Source: Bdellovibrionales bacterium (GTDB lineage Bacteria; Bdellovibrionota; Bdellovibrionia; Bdellovibrionales; UBA1609). Taken from it: a stretch of DNA of 64,000 nt. The stretch lies in NCBI GenBank assembly GCA_041739415.1, contig JBGSNU010000035.1, positions 27,031 through 91,030 on the forward strand, in the 5' to 3' direction. Shown piece by piece: positions 34,502 through 44,196 of the stretch. Made by a program: the position numbers and the translations under genes. The number at the start of each line of letters is the position of its first letter. Position 1 is the first letter of the stretch. The notes under the pieces are model-generated. The model made no database searches. It was not told the origin of the DNA and was given only the letters and a program-made list of their open reading frames with translations.

Positions 34502-35338
34502 CTAACCACGAATAAGGTTCAAAGCGACCTGATTGGACGAGTTCGCCTGAGCTAAGGATGACACTGAAGCCTGCAACAAGATGTTGTTGCGAGTCAGTTC
34601 GGCCGAGGCAGCGGCAACGTCTGTGTCGCGAATACGGCTGTTTGCAGCGGACATGTTCTCTTCAGTCACACCGAGGTTGTTGACAGTCGAGAGCAAGCGG
34701 TTTTGCAAGGCACCGAGATTAGAGCGCATCCCGTTCACATTCTCTTGAGCGGCATCGAGCGACTCAAGTGCGGACTGTGCACCCTCTTTGCTATTGTAGT
34801 CGAGGCCGGAAAGTCCCAAAGCATCCAGCGTCGCCACGTTCTGGCTGGCGTCAAAGCTGATGCGATCTTCTGTCTCGCTATTGTAAACGCCAACTTGAAA
34901 GTCAAATACTGGTGTCGTGCCGTCGAGGAGTTTAGTTTTTCCCCAAGTTGTGACAGAGGCAATACGCTGCATTTCAGACTTGAGCTGCTGGATCTCTTTA
35001 TCGATAAACCCGCGTTCAACAGTGCTCACGGTGTCAGATGCGGCTTGGATTCCCAATTCACGCATACGAACAACGATGTTGCCGATTTCGTTCAAACCAC
35101 CCTCTGCGGTTTGTACCATCGAGATACCATCGTTGGCGTTACGATTCGCCTGACGAGTCGAGCGGATTTGAGCTTTTAAGTTTTCACTGATCGCCAGACC
35201 TGCGGCGTCATCAGCGGCTTTGTTGATTCTTGATCCTGAGGACAGCTTTGCCATACTGTCTTGGATGTTCGTTTGACTTGTGCCGAGATTTCTCTGAGCA
35301 TTTATCGCTGCCATATTAGTACTTACACGCAATCCCAT
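34502..35338 (-). CDS. fliC: Flagellin
   Basis: 278 aa. Conserved N-terminus MGLRVSTNMAAINAQRNLG..SSGSRINKAADDAAGLAISE and C-terminus ELTRNNILLQASVSSLAQANSSNQVALNLIRG. GGAGGA SD 8 nt upstream. Confidence 0.95.
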   Translation of the reverse strand: MGLRVSTNMAAINAQRNLGTSQTNIQDSMAKLSSGSRINKAADDAAGLAISENLKAQIRSTRQANRNANDGISMVQTAEGGLNEIGNIVVRMRELGIQAASDTVSTVERGFIDKEIQQLKSEMQRIASVTTWGKTKLLDGTTPVFDFQVGVYNSETEDRISFDASQNVATLDALGLSGLDYNSKEGAQSALESLDAAQENVNGMRSNLGALQNRLLSTVNNLGVTEENMSAANSRIRDTDVAAASAELTRNNILLQASVSSLAQANSSNQVALNLIRG

Positions 35339-35718
35339 TATAAAATTCCTCCAGTTATATTTCAGTCATCGATTTCACCTCCGTGTTTTTTAATCCCTCA
35401 TTCTGAGGGTGGCGTCATTGCCGATAAAAAAGTGGTACTTCCTAAACTTTACCTCTCATTCAGTTTTCCTTGTACAGACGTCGTCGTCCTTGATTGCCTC
35501 CTTCTTTCTCGATCGACCGAAGAGTTGCGAGTGTGCGCGCTCAGTCAGTCGGGCTTGTATTCACAGTTTCTAGTTACTTTGGAGAACCCACCCAGTGAAC
35601 GTCTGCGAGTGGATCTCACCTACGCCATACGATTCGGGATCGGGCACGGATTCTTGACAGGACTTGAGGCCAATTCGAGTGAATATGGCTTATTCTTAGA
35701 GGAAGGTCTGATCGAGTC

Positions 35719-36669
35719 CTAAGCCTTCAATCCAGCGACATTCGTCGGGAGTGCGGCAAAGAAGGTCGTAATTTTCTCTGCCACCCACTCAGGTTCATCT
35801 TCTTGGAGATGATGTCCTCCACCTAAATGCACATGGCTTTCCGATTCAGGTAGCAGAGACTCGAGCTGATCAATGACCTTGCGAGATACCAACTTATCCC
35901 TTGAACCCCAGAGGATCTGCACAGGCCGCTGCAGCTGTGCCAGCTGTTGACTCAGCCGAACGTCCCGAATGGCGGCTGTTGCAGCAAGAAAAGCCTGTAT
36001 CGCCAAAGGATTTCGACCATATGTCAGGGTGGTCTCGGTGATTCTAAGCTTATCGACCAAATGCCGTTTGCTCACTGTGCGTTGGTGCGCCCAGGCCATG
36101 GTCAGCCGATTGGTAAAGGGGACAGCCAGATACGAGAGCCAGACCCAGTCGTTCAATGGAAGTGGGATCAACGTCCGGCTTGTCGCAGGGGCAATCACCG
36201 ACAGTCCTAAGACCTGCTTTGGTCGCATCAATGCAAACCACAGAGCAATATTGCCACCCATGGAGTTGCCGACTAAATAACAAAAGTCTATGGAAAGTGA
36301 TTTAAATAACTGATCCAGTCGCTCCACTTGCTCGTCTAGACCATACTTCGCACTCCGCAGTTTTGAACTCTGACCAAAGCCCGGTAGGTCCAAAGCCACA
36401 ACCGTGTACCTGGAGTTCAACAAGGGCACCAGGTCTCGCCAGCAGAAAAGGTTGGCGCCGATTCCATGCAACAGCACAAGGTAGGGGCCAGTGCCGGAGC
36501 GGTGGTATCGAATCTTCCAACCTTCAATATCTATGGTATCAACAGTTAAATCGAATCGACTGGCCGCGGGCTCATGGCCGCTCAATCGCCACCGATAAAG
36601 CCCGAAGGCCAACAGCGTCAATGCGATGACTAAAAAAGCTGTGAGAATTTCATACACCGTACTATCCAT
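35719..36669 (-). CDS. Alpha/beta-fold hydrolase
   Basis: N-terminal TM/signal-like helix, HG oxyanion motif LLHGIGAN, nucleophile elbow GNSMGG, C-terminal His (GGGHHLQED). ATG 36669 overlaps the upstream small ORF's stop (TGATG). The track TTG start is at 36672. Confidence 0.85.
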   Translation of the reverse strand: MDSTVYEILTAFLVIALTLLAFGLYRWRLSGHEPAASRFDLTVDTIDIEGWKIRYHRSGTGPYLVLLHGIGANLFCWRDLVPLLNSRYTVVALDLPGFGQSSKLRSAKYGLDEQVERLDQLFKSLSIDFCYLVGNSMGGNIALWFALMRPKQVLGLSVIAPATSRTLIPLPLNDWVWLSYLAVPFTNRLTMAWAHQRTVSKRHLVDKLRITETTLTYGRNPLAIQAFLAATAAIRDVRLSQQLAQLQRPVQILWGSRDKLVSRKVIDQLESLLPESESHVHLGGGHHLQEDEPEWVAEKITTFFAALPTNVAGLKA

Positions 36670-36902
36670 CAATCAATTTCACAAAAGCGGCAAAAGGCCA
36701 CGCGCCCCAGTCCCTCATAGGTTTCTTTTTGCCTTGCAGCCAAGTGATTGTGGGTGTCGTAGCCAATGGTACAGGACTTACTTTCTGGCGCAAAATGCGA
36801 GCATTGCTCACAGCAATGGATGATGGTCAGTGTCCGATAATCCTTAGGATGAATGGGGTCAAGAATCAACGTGCGACGAATTGATTGAGTTTTTACGGGC
36901 AT
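36669..36902 (-). CDS. Small Cys/His-rich hypothetical protein (possible metal-binding)
   Basis: 77 aa from ATG 36902 (GAGGA 6 nt upstream). Pattern HCCEQCSHF..SKSC..THNH...FCRFCE. The track ORF extends to 37016, which would overlap the clpB start divergently by 44 nt. The shorter form is preferred. Confidence 0.4.
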   Translation of the reverse strand: MPVKTQSIRRTLILDPIHPKDYRTLTIIHCCEQCSHFAPESKSCTIGYDTHNHLAARQKETYEGLGRVAFCRFCEID

Positions 36903-36972
36903 TGACAATCCTCGAATCCACATCAGATTTAGATAAGGTAGAGTTAACATCAAGAAATAAAAGAGTAAACTT

Positions 36973-39555
36973 ATGAATGATATTGAAAAGATGACCCAGA
37001 AGAGCCAAGAGGCCATGCAGACTGCGGCTCAGCTCGCTGAGTCTCAACACAATCCAGCGGTTGAGCCAGAGCACTTGCTAGCGGCGGTGTTGGCACAAAC
37101 GGATGGTATCGTGCCTCGAGTATTTTCTAAAATGGGCGTGGCGCTCCCGGCCCTGAGCGCGGATCTGCAAACGCGCGTAAAGGCCCTCCCCACGGTCACT
37201 GGGGGTGGCGTTCGAGTTGTGGCCAGTCACAACTTGCAACGACTTTTTCAAGAGGCCGAAAAATCGGCGAGGTCGCTCAACGACAGTTACATTTCAACTG
37301 AACATTTTGTATTGGCAGCACTACAGACAGCGCCTGAGGTGGCAAAAATTCTAGAGCGCCATCGAGTGACAGCTGCTGCCCTACAAGCGGCGTTGAAAGA
37401 TCTTCGTGGGGGCAAATCCGTTACCGACGACAGCCCCGAAACTAAGTTCGACGTTTTAAATAAATATGCACGAGATCTAACTGCGCTGGCGGAGCTGGGC
37501 AAATTGGATCCCGTAGTGGGTCGCGAAGAAGAGATTCGCCGAGTGATTCAGGTGCTGTCTCGTCGCACAAAAAATAATCCGGTTCTGATCGGTGAACCAG
37601 GCGTGGGAAAAACCGCAATTGCCGAAGGGTTGGCTTTACGGATCACCAATCGCGATGTTCCTGAAGTTCTTCTTGGCAAAAAGTTGATGGCGCTAGATAT
37701 GGGATCTCTAATCGCGGGTGCCAAGTATCGAGGCGAATTTGAGGACCGACTCAAAGCTGTGATTCAAGAGGTGACGGGAGCTGAAGGGCGAATCATTTTG
37801 TTTATTGATGAAATTCACACCTTGGTCGGCGCTGGTAAAGGTGAGGGCGCGATGGATGCCGGACAAATTCTCAAGCCCGCTTTAGCGCGAGGCGAGCTAC
37901 GCTGTATCGGAGCCACCACTTTAGACGAGTATCGCGAGTACATTGAAAAAGACAAAGCGCTCGAGCGGCGCTTTCAAACAGTGGTGGTGGGCGAGCCCAC
38001 AGTGCCAGACGCTATCACGATTCTTCGAGGCTTGAAGGAGAAATACGAGGTTCATCACGGGGTGCGAATAACCGATGCAGCAATTGTCTCAGCGGTAAAG
38101 TTATCCTATCGCTATATCACCAACCGCTTTCTTCCAGACAAGGCCATCGATCTTATGGATGAGGCGGCCTCGCGTTTAAGTATTGAGGCAAACAGTGTTC
38201 CGACAAGCATCGATGAAATTCAGCGCAAGGTGATGCAGCTGCAGATCGAGCGCGAGGCGCTCCTCAAAGAGAAAGAAGCCGGTGCGCGCGAGCGGCTCAC
38301 GAACGTCGAACGTGAAGTGGAAGAACTCACCAAAAAGAACAGTCTGCTCCGCTCTCAGTGGGAAGATGAGAAGCGTGAGATTCAAGGCCTTAAACAAACC
38401 AAGTTGGACATTGAGTCGGCGCGCAATGAAATTGAGCGAGCCGAACGCGAGGGAAATCTGGGTAAGGCGGCCGAACTCAAGTACGGCAAATTGCCAGAGC
38501 TCGAACGCCGGCTTTCGGAAATGAATCAACGAGCAGAGAAGACCTCCGGGCCGCGAATGCTCAAAGAGGAAGTTGGGCCAGATGAGATTGCCGAGGTCGT
38601 TGCCAAGTGGACGGGCATTCCCGTGAGTAAAATGCTAGAGTCCGAAACGCAAAAGCTCCTGCGACTCGAGCAACACCTGCAGCAGCGAGTAAAGGGTCAA
38701 GATCACGCTTTAGCGGCCACCGCAAATGCGATTCGCCGGGCGCGCGCTGAAATCTCTGACCCCAATCGTCCGATTGGCAGTTTTATATTTCTTGGGCCGA
38801 CCGGTGTCGGTAAAACTGAAACGGCAAAGGCGCTGGCTGAATTTTTGTTCGATACCGAAGACGCCGTCGTTCGCATAGACATGAGCGAATATATGGAAAA
38901 ACACAGCGTCTCACGACTCATAGGCGCACCTCCCGGATATGTCGGCTACGATGAAGGTGGGCAGCTCACAGAGCGTGTTCGCCGCCGCCCTTACAGCGTG
39001 GTGCTCTTTGATGAAATTGAAAAGGCCCATCCAGAAGTCTTCAACGTGCTCTTGCAGGTTTTAGATGATGGACGTTTGACGGATGGACAGGGCCGCACGG
39101 TGGATTTTAAAAATGCGGTGCTGATCATGACCTCAAATGTTGGATCGCAGGCGCTGATAGACGAGAGTCTCACCAAAACCCAGCGCGAGCAGGCTGTCAT
39201 GGACGCCCTCAGGGCCCAGTTTCGCCCGGAGTTTCTCAATCGAATCGACGACACAGTGATTTTTAATCCTCTGGGCGCAGAACAACTCAGTGCCATTGTG
39301 CGGGTGCAACTTGAGATCGTCTCTAAGCGGCTAAATGAAAAACGCATTGAGCTAAAATTCCACGAGCCCGCCATCAAATGGTTGGGAGAGCGAGGGTTTG
39401 ATCCCATTTATGGAGCTCGGCCATTGAAGCGAGTTATCCAAAACGAGGTGCTCAATCCCTTGGCCAAGTTGATTCTCGAGCGTCAAGTGAACCCGATGGA
39501 CACCGTTGAGGTCACACTGAAGGAGGAGCGCCTTGAGTTCGCAGTTAAAAAATGA
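36973..39555 (+). CDS. clpB: ATP-dependent chaperone/disaggregase ClpB
   Basis: 860 aa. Clp N-domain, two AAA+ modules (Walker [10 protein letters not shown] and GPTGVGKTE) and a long coiled-coil middle domain between them. The start may be ATG 36973 or ATG 36991. Confidence 0.96.
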   Translation: MNDIEKMTQKSQEAMQTAAQLAESQHNPAVEPEHLLAAVLAQTDGIVPRVFSKMGVALPALSADLQTRVKALPTVTGGGVRVVASHNLQRLFQEAEKSARSLNDSYISTEHFVLAALQTAPEVAKILERHRVTAAALQAALKDLRGGKSVTDDSPETKFDVLNKYARDLTALAELGKLDPVVGREEEIRRVIQVLSRRTKNNPVLIGEPGVGKTAIAEGLALRITNRDVPEVLLGKKLMALDMGSLIAGAKYRGEFEDRLKAVIQEVTGAEGRIILFIDEIHTLVGAGKGEGAMDAGQILKPALARGELRCIGATTLDEYREYIEKDKALERRFQTVVVGEPTVPDAITILRGLKEKYEVHHGVRITDAAIVSAVKLSYRYITNRFLPDKAIDLMDEAASRLSIEANSVPTSIDEIQRKVMQLQIEREALLKEKEAGARERLTNVEREVEELTKKNSLLRSQWEDEKREIQGLKQTKLDIESARNEIERAEREGNLGKAAELKYGKLPELERRLSEMNQRAEKTSGPRMLKEEVGPDEIAEVVAKWTGIPVSKMLESETQKLLRLEQHLQQRVKGQDHALAATANAIRRARAEISDPNRPIGSFIFLGPTGVGKTETAKALAEFLFDTEDAVVRIDMSEYMEKHSVSRLIGAPPGYVGYDEGGQLTERVRRRPYSVVLFDEIEKAHPEVFNVLLQVLDDGRLTDGQGRTVDFKNAVLIMTSNVGSQALIDESLTKTQREQAVMDALRAQFRPEFLNRIDDTVIFNPLGAEQLSAIVRVQLEIVSKRLNEKRIELKFHEPAIKWLGERGFDPIYGARPLKRVIQNEVLNPLAKLILERQVNPMDTVEVTLKEERLEFAVKK

Positions 39556-39584
39556 GGGCACAGACCAACGCCTTTAAGTCCTAC

Positions 39585-39621
39585 CTCATTCTGGTGGAAG
39601 AATTACATCCGCCAGAATGAG
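39585..39621 (+). terminator. Hairpin after clpB (weak U-tract)
   Basis: CTCATTCTGG (39585-39594) / CCAGAATGAG (39612-39621): a perfect 10-bp stem followed by TTAAACTCTATT. Confidence 0.35.
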
Positions 39622-39655
39622 TTAAACTCTATTAAAAACAAATACTTGACGCACA

Positions 39656-39684
39656 ACAAATAGATCGTTAGATTGGCTCAAATT
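39656..39684 (+). promoter_or_regulatory. Candidate sigma-70-type promoter of the rib operon
   Basis: TTGACG (39656-39661), a 17-nt spacer, then TAGATT (39679-39684), 15 nt upstream of the ribE GTG. Confidence 0.3.
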
Positions 39685-39698
39685 CGAGGTCAATTTAG

Positions 39699-40295
39699 GT
39701 GTTTTCCGGAATTATTGAGGCCACCAGTCGTGCGCAGTCCGTTGAGGCAGGCCCTCAAATCCTTCGCCTATTCCTCCAAGCCCCTAGTTTTTTTGATGAT
39801 TTGAAGTTCGGTGACAGTATCGCCGTCAATGGCGTTTGCCTCACACTCGAGGCCCTCCCCCAGGGGTTGATGCAGTTTGCGCTCGGTCCAGAGACTCTGG
39901 CGGTAACCGGATGGACTTCGGAGAGTGTCATGCAGAGGGCGTTTAATTTAGAACGGTCCCTCCGCCTCAACGATCGTATTCATGGGCACCTGGTGACTGG
40001 CCATGTCGACGGCATGGGCAAAATTGTCGAGCGGCAAGGTATGGACGACGATTGGCTGACTCTGACAGTTGAGTTTTCACATTCACTGGCTCCCTACATT
40101 TGGAAGAAGGGAAGCGTGGCGATAAACGGAGTGAGCCTTACCGTGAACTCTGTCAGCGCAACCTCGCTGAGTGTTGGTTTGATTCCTGAAACCTTAAAGC
40201 GTACGAACCTAGCGGAACTGAAAGTCTGCGATACTGTGACGATTGAAGTGGACAATATGGCGCGCGGCCTTCTGCGCAACTTGGAGACTCGATGA
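39699..40295 (+). CDS. ribE: Riboflavin synthase
   Basis: 198 aa. GTG start. N-terminus MFSGIIEATS and an internal duplicated-barrel pattern (GDSIAVNGVCLT ... GSVAINGVSLT). Confidence 0.92.
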   Translation: MFSGIIEATSRAQSVEAGPQILRLFLQAPSFFDDLKFGDSIAVNGVCLTLEALPQGLMQFALGPETLAVTGWTSESVMQRAFNLERSLRLNDRIHGHLVTGHVDGMGKIVERQGMDDDWLTLTVEFSHSLAPYIWKKGSVAINGVSLTVNSVSATSLSVGLIPETLKRTNLAELKVCDTVTIEVDNMARGLLRNLETR

Positions 40296-41464
40296 ACACT
40301 CTCAACACAATTCCTGAACTCCTCGAGGACATCAAGGCCGGCCGGCCGGTGATACTTGTGGATGATGAGGACCGAGAAAACGAAGGTGATCTGATAGTTG
40401 CGGCGGATTATATCACGCCTCAGCTCATTAATTTTATGGCGACCGAAGCTCGCGGCTTGATCTGCTTGTCGCTCACGTCCGAGCAAATCGATCGCCTACA
40501 GCTACCGTTAATGACTAAGGAAGACACCAATCGGTCGCCCAATCGCACGGCCTTCACCGTCAGCATTGAGGCCGCAAAAGGCGTATCCACCGGCATTTCT
40601 GCAGCCGATCGCGCCCTCACAATTAAGGTGGCTTCAAATCCAAGCTCTGTCCCACAAGATGTCATTGTCCCGGGCCACATCTTTCCGATTCGCGCGCAAG
40701 ATGGTGGAGTTCTGAAGCGTGCCGGACACACTGAGGCCAGTATGGATTTGGCCCGAATGGCGGGGCTAAATCCGGCGGGAGTGATCTGCGAAATCATGAA
40801 TGTCGATGGGACAATGGCGAGAATGGATTCGCTCATGGCCTTCTCGCAAAAGCACGGCATCAAAATTGGCACGATCGAATCCCTAATCAAATTTCGCATT
40901 CAGACAGAATCGTTTTTGGTTGAAAGAGCTCAAGCGGCTCTGCCCAGTAGCAAATACGGCCGCGACTTTCGCATTCACATCTTTGAAAATCTTTTGGATG
41001 GCCGCGAGCACGTCGCACTCGTCAAGGGTCGAATCGATCCAGAGCAACCCACGTTGGTTCGCGTCCATTCTGAGTGTTTGATGGGCGATGTCTTTGGTTC
41101 CATGCGCACACGGAGCGGCGAGTTTTTGGATCTTTCGCTGAAGCGAATCAATGAGGAAGGGTCTGGAGTTCTTGTTTACCTCCGACTAGAAGATATGGGG
41201 CATCGATTGCGCCAACGGGTTCAGACATACGCCAATTTAGATCAAGGCGAGGCTCCAACCGATGAGTCGCGCAAGATCTTCCGCTCAGACGATCGGGACT
41301 ACGGCATTGGGGCACAAATTCTGCGCAGCCTTGGCGTTAGTAAATTACGCTTGATCACCAACAGTCATGCTAAGCGCGTCGGTCTCAAAGGTTACGGCCT
41401 CGAGATCATTGACGAAGTGACGCTGCCCATCGACTCTGAACCCTTACTTCCATTGGAGGACTAG
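40292..41464 (+). CDS. ribBA: Bifunctional 3,4-dihydroxy-2-butanone-4-phosphate synthase / GTP cyclohydrolase II
   Basis: 390 aa. DHBP synthase part (DDEDRENEGDLI, GHTEAS) followed by a GCH-II-like part (VRVHSECLMGDVFGS). The ATG overlaps the ribE stop (ATGA). Confidence 0.9.
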   Translation: MNTLNTIPELLEDIKAGRPVILVDDEDRENEGDLIVAADYITPQLINFMATEARGLICLSLTSEQIDRLQLPLMTKEDTNRSPNRTAFTVSIEAAKGVSTGISAADRALTIKVASNPSSVPQDVIVPGHIFPIRAQDGGVLKRAGHTEASMDLARMAGLNPAGVICEIMNVDGTMARMDSLMAFSQKHGIKIGTIESLIKFRIQTESFLVERAQAALPSSKYGRDFRIHIFENLLDGREHVALVKGRIDPEQPTLVRVHSECLMGDVFGSMRTRSGEFLDLSLKRINEEGSGVLVYLRLEDMGHRLRQRVQTYANLDQGEAPTDESRKIFRSDDRDYGIGAQILRSLGVSKLRLITNSHAKRVGLKGYGLEIIDEVTLPIDSEPLLPLED

Positions 41465-41923
41465 ATGTTGCTACAAGGTTCACTCAAACCCAAAGCTTCA
41501 TGGAAAATTGGGCTGGTCACATCGCGTTTCAATACCGAAATAACGGAAAAGCTTGAGACCGGCGCCTATGAGCGAATGCTTGAACTGGGCTTTAAACCGG
41601 AGCAATTGCGCCGTGCCCGAGTCCCCGGAGCGGTTGAAATTCCACTAACGGCACAAGCACTCATCGATCATGGTTGTGATGCGGTGATTGCGCTGGGGGC
41701 GGTGATTCGCGGTGAGACAACCCACTATGAATCTGTTTGCCAGGCGGTTGAGCGGGGTTGCATGCAGGTGATGTTGCACGCCAAAAAGCCAGTGATCTTT
41801 GGCGTCCTGACCACCGAGAATGAAGATCAGGCTCTCGCTCGTTTAGGGGGCGCGCACGGCCATAAGGGGCGGGACGCCGCTGATACGGTTGTGGAAATGC
41901 TCAATTTGCTAGAGAGCATTTGA
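41465..41923 (+). CDS. ribH: 6,7-dimethyl-8-ribityllumazine synthase
   Basis: 152 aa. VPGAVEIP, ALGAVIRGETTHYE and GVLT motifs. It starts immediately after the ribBA stop. Confidence 0.92.
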   Translation: MLLQGSLKPKASWKIGLVTSRFNTEITEKLETGAYERMLELGFKPEQLRRARVPGAVEIPLTAQALIDHGCDAVIALGAVIRGETTHYESVCQAVERGCMQVMLHAKKPVIFGVLTTENEDQALARLGGAHGHKGRDAADTVVEMLNLLESI

Positions 41924-44196
41924 TGCGCCTCACGGAGCTGCAAGTTGAAGCTAAAAAACGCAGCAAGGAGCTGGGCTTCGGCGTGCTGTTGGCGGTGCTA
42001 TTTTTAGTGCTGACTGCAATCGAGTTCAAACTCTTTGGAATGAGCCAAAGTCTGCCTTTCGCACACTCGGTGTTTTTCCTCGGCCTAGTGAACTTCAACA
42101 TCATTCTCTTTCTACTGCTCTTCTTTTTGATTTTCCGAAACGTCGTTAAGGTTTTTTCAGAGAGACAAAGCGGTCTGGCCGGAGGAACTCTCAAGACCAA
42201 GTTGATCGCAGCGTTTGTGGCCTTTAGCTTTATCCCTACCGGCCTGATGTTTTTGGTCTCTGTATTTTACATCAACAATAGCTTCGACAAATGGTTTTCT
42301 GAAAAAATGTCCGGAGTACTCAAAAGCTCTCTCGAAGTTACCAATGCCTATTATCTCTCGGCCAAAAAGAAAAATTACCACTTCGCTGAACGAGTTGCGG
42401 ACGAGCTGCGGCAGACGCCTCGGCCCCGCTGGACGAGTAAGTTGGTGCAGCTTCGGCAGCAGTACAGCATCGATGCCGTCGAGTACTATCCTTCACTTTT
42501 CGGGCAGCGTGTAGTGATCGTGAGTGGAAGTGAGGGGCTGAATGATGTGCCGCCTCTTTCGATGGAGATGCTCGAGCGCGGAATCAAAGACCGCAACGAG
42601 GCCTCGACAATCCACCAGTTTGACAACGGCAACTTGATACGAGTCATATTTCCTATGGGGGCCGACCGGCGAGCCGGGGCGGTGGTGGTCTCCACCTTCG
42701 TGCCGCTCTCGTTGATTAGTAAAATGGATGACATTGCCTCGGCCTTTGAGGACTTTCGCGACGTCAATCCCTTAGAGGCACCTATAAAATCTATTTACCT
42801 TATCATCTTGGTGTTGATGACACTCACCATTTTGCTTGGCGCCACCTGGTTTGGTTTTTACCTCGCCCGGCAGCTGTCAGTCCCCTTGGTTGAGTTGGGT
42901 GATGCGGCCCAACGCGTGGCCAATCACGACTACCGGCCGCTGACTCTCACCTCTGGGTCACGAGAGATCAACGAGCTCGTGCTTCATTTCAATCAGATGA
43001 CGCAGAATTTAGAAAAATCTGAGCGCGAAGTGAGCGAAGCCAATCACACCTTACGGCAGACGCTGTCTCGCCTTGACGATCATTCCCGCTACATTGAAGT
43101 CGTGCTGTCGACGGTCAGCACAGGAGTGGTCTCGCTTGATCCTGAAGGTCACATCACCATGGTCAACCGCCATGCGGCTAAATTGCTAGAGACAGCACCG
43201 GGACGCTTGATTGGTCAGCCAATCTCTAAGGTCCTACAAAAAGAGCATGGTGAAATTTTAGAGACGATGATTCAGCAAATGCGCACCCATCGCGCCGAAA
43301 GCATCCAGCGTGAAGTGCGAATTCAGGTGCGCGGTCGATCTATTCCTCTACAGGTGACTTTGTCCTTTCTGACGGACGAAAATCAGACTGAAATTGGTAA
43401 AGTTCTGGTGTTTGACGATCTCACCTCTGTGCTTGGGGCGCAGCGAGCCGCCGCTTGGACCGAAGTGGCGAGACGAATCGCCCACGAAATCAAGAACCCA
43501 TTGACTCCCATCAAACTCTCCGCCGAGCGGCTCGAAAAAAAGTTTGGGCATCAGATTCAGGATGAGGCCTTTCACGAGTGTGTGCGACGAATTGTTGACC
43601 AAGTCGATAGTCTTAAAAATTTAGTAAACGAATTCAATCAATTCGCTCGCCTTCCCACCTCAAACCCGCAAGTTGTGCCGTTAAATAAGACGATTGCGGA
43701 TTCTCTGGTGTTGTATCAAGACGTGCAGCAGAATGCCAAAATAGAATTCTTTCCCGATCCGGCAATGCCGGCCTTCGCATTCGATCCCGATCAAATTCAG
43801 CGCGCAATTAACAACCTGACAGACAATGCCTTGTCAGCGATTGCGGAGCGTCCCCCCGGTGGAGAAGGGGGGCGGGTGGTGATCCGGACCCACTATGACA
43901 GCGTGCTTAAAATTGCGCGGATCGAAGTTGAGGACAATGGTCCTGGCATTCCCAGCGCTCTGCGCGAGCGGGTTTTTGAACCCTATGTGACCACAAAAAC
44001 TCATGGCACCGGCCTTGGCCTTGCGATTGTCAAACGAATGGTTGAAGATCACCAAGGCTTTATTCGGGCGATTTCAGATGGTGCGACGCAAACAAAGTTT
44101 GTGATTGAACTCCCGGTGCGCGAAGCTACAGAAGATCGGTCAAAGATTGTGCGAGTCAAAGACTCCAGAGGTGGAAAATATGATCAGCTCAGTTAA
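41923..44196 (+). CDS. ntrY: NtrY-like sensor histidine kinase (TM-HAMP-PAS-HisKA-HATPase)
   Basis: About 757 aa. N-terminal TM helices, then HAMP and PAS regions. H-box AHEIKNPLTPI, N box NLTDNALSA, G boxes DNGPGIP and GTGLGLAIV. ATG 41923 overlaps the ribH stop by 1 nt (TGATG). The track TTG is at 41920. Confidence 0.85.
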   Translation: MRLTELQVEAKKRSKELGFGVLLAVLFLVLTAIEFKLFGMSQSLPFAHSVFFLGLVNFNIILFLLLFFLIFRNVVKVFSERQSGLAGGTLKTKLIAAFVAFSFIPTGLMFLVSVFYINNSFDKWFSEKMSGVLKSSLEVTNAYYLSAKKKNYHFAERVADELRQTPRPRWTSKLVQLRQQYSIDAVEYYPSLFGQRVVIVSGSEGLNDVPPLSMEMLERGIKDRNEASTIHQFDNGNLIRVIFPMGADRRAGAVVVSTFVPLSLISKMDDIASAFEDFRDVNPLEAPIKSIYLIILVLMTLTILLGATWFGFYLARQLSVPLVELGDAAQRVANHDYRPLTLTSGSREINELVLHFNQMTQNLEKSEREVSEANHTLRQTLSRLDDHSRYIEVVLSTVSTGVVSLDPEGHITMVNRHAAKLLETAPGRLIGQPISKVLQKEHGEILETMIQQMRTHRAESIQREVRIQVRGRSIPLQVTLSFLTDENQTEIGKVLVFDDLTSVLGAQRAAAWTEVARRIAHEIKNPLTPIKLSAERLEKKFGHQIQDEAFHECVRRIVDQVDSLKNLVNEFNQFARLPTSNPQVVPLNKTIADSLVLYQDVQQNAKIEFFPDPAMPAFAFDPDQIQRAINNLTDNALSAIAERPPGGEGGRVVIRTHYDSVLKIARIEVEDNGPGIPSALRERVFEPYVTTKTHGTGLGLAIVKRMVEDHQGFIRAISDGATQTKFVIELPVREATEDRSKIVRVKDSRGGKYDQLS

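Noticed and set aside
35420-35451. Perfect sigma-28 consensus halves GCCGATAA (plus strand) and TAAAGTTT (minus strand) near flagellin
   Set aside because: They are on opposite strands and convergent, so they cannot form one TAAA-N15-GCCGATAA promoter for fliC. I kept this only as a curiosity inside the flagellin-leader finding and did not annotate a promoter.
35261-35722. 153-aa plus-strand ORF spanning the flagellin upstream gap
   Set aside because: Not called as a CDS. Its only start is a TTG inside the flagellin coding region on the opposite strand. It has no internal ATG, no SD and no recognisable motif. It is reported as an observation only.
36902-36972. TTGACA at 36902-36907 and a CCACATCA string upstream of clpB, as a possible sigma-70 or sigma-32 heat-shock promoter
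   Set aside because: No acceptable -10 hexamer lies at 16-18 nt. The spacing to the CCCCAT-like element is too short for the sigma-32 consensus. No CIRCE-type inverted repeat was seen either.
39556-39698. Searched the ribE leader for an FMN (RFN) riboswitch
   Set aside because: None of the conserved RFN core segments I remember (GGTGAAATTCC / CCGACAGT-like) are present. Only a clpB-proximal hairpin and a promoter-like TTGACG-17-TAGATT were found. A covariance-model scan would be decisive.
44004-44025. TGGCAC-CGGCC-TTGGCC, a sigma-54 -24/-12-like string 175 nt upstream of the ntrX-like gene
   Set aside because: The GC of the -12 element is displaced by one nt relative to GG-N10-GC. The string also simply encodes the HATPase G2 box (HGTGLGL) of the kinase. 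Other TGGCAC occurrences (1798, 8664, 11817, 16166, 40868, 44702) lack any TTGC at the correct spacing.
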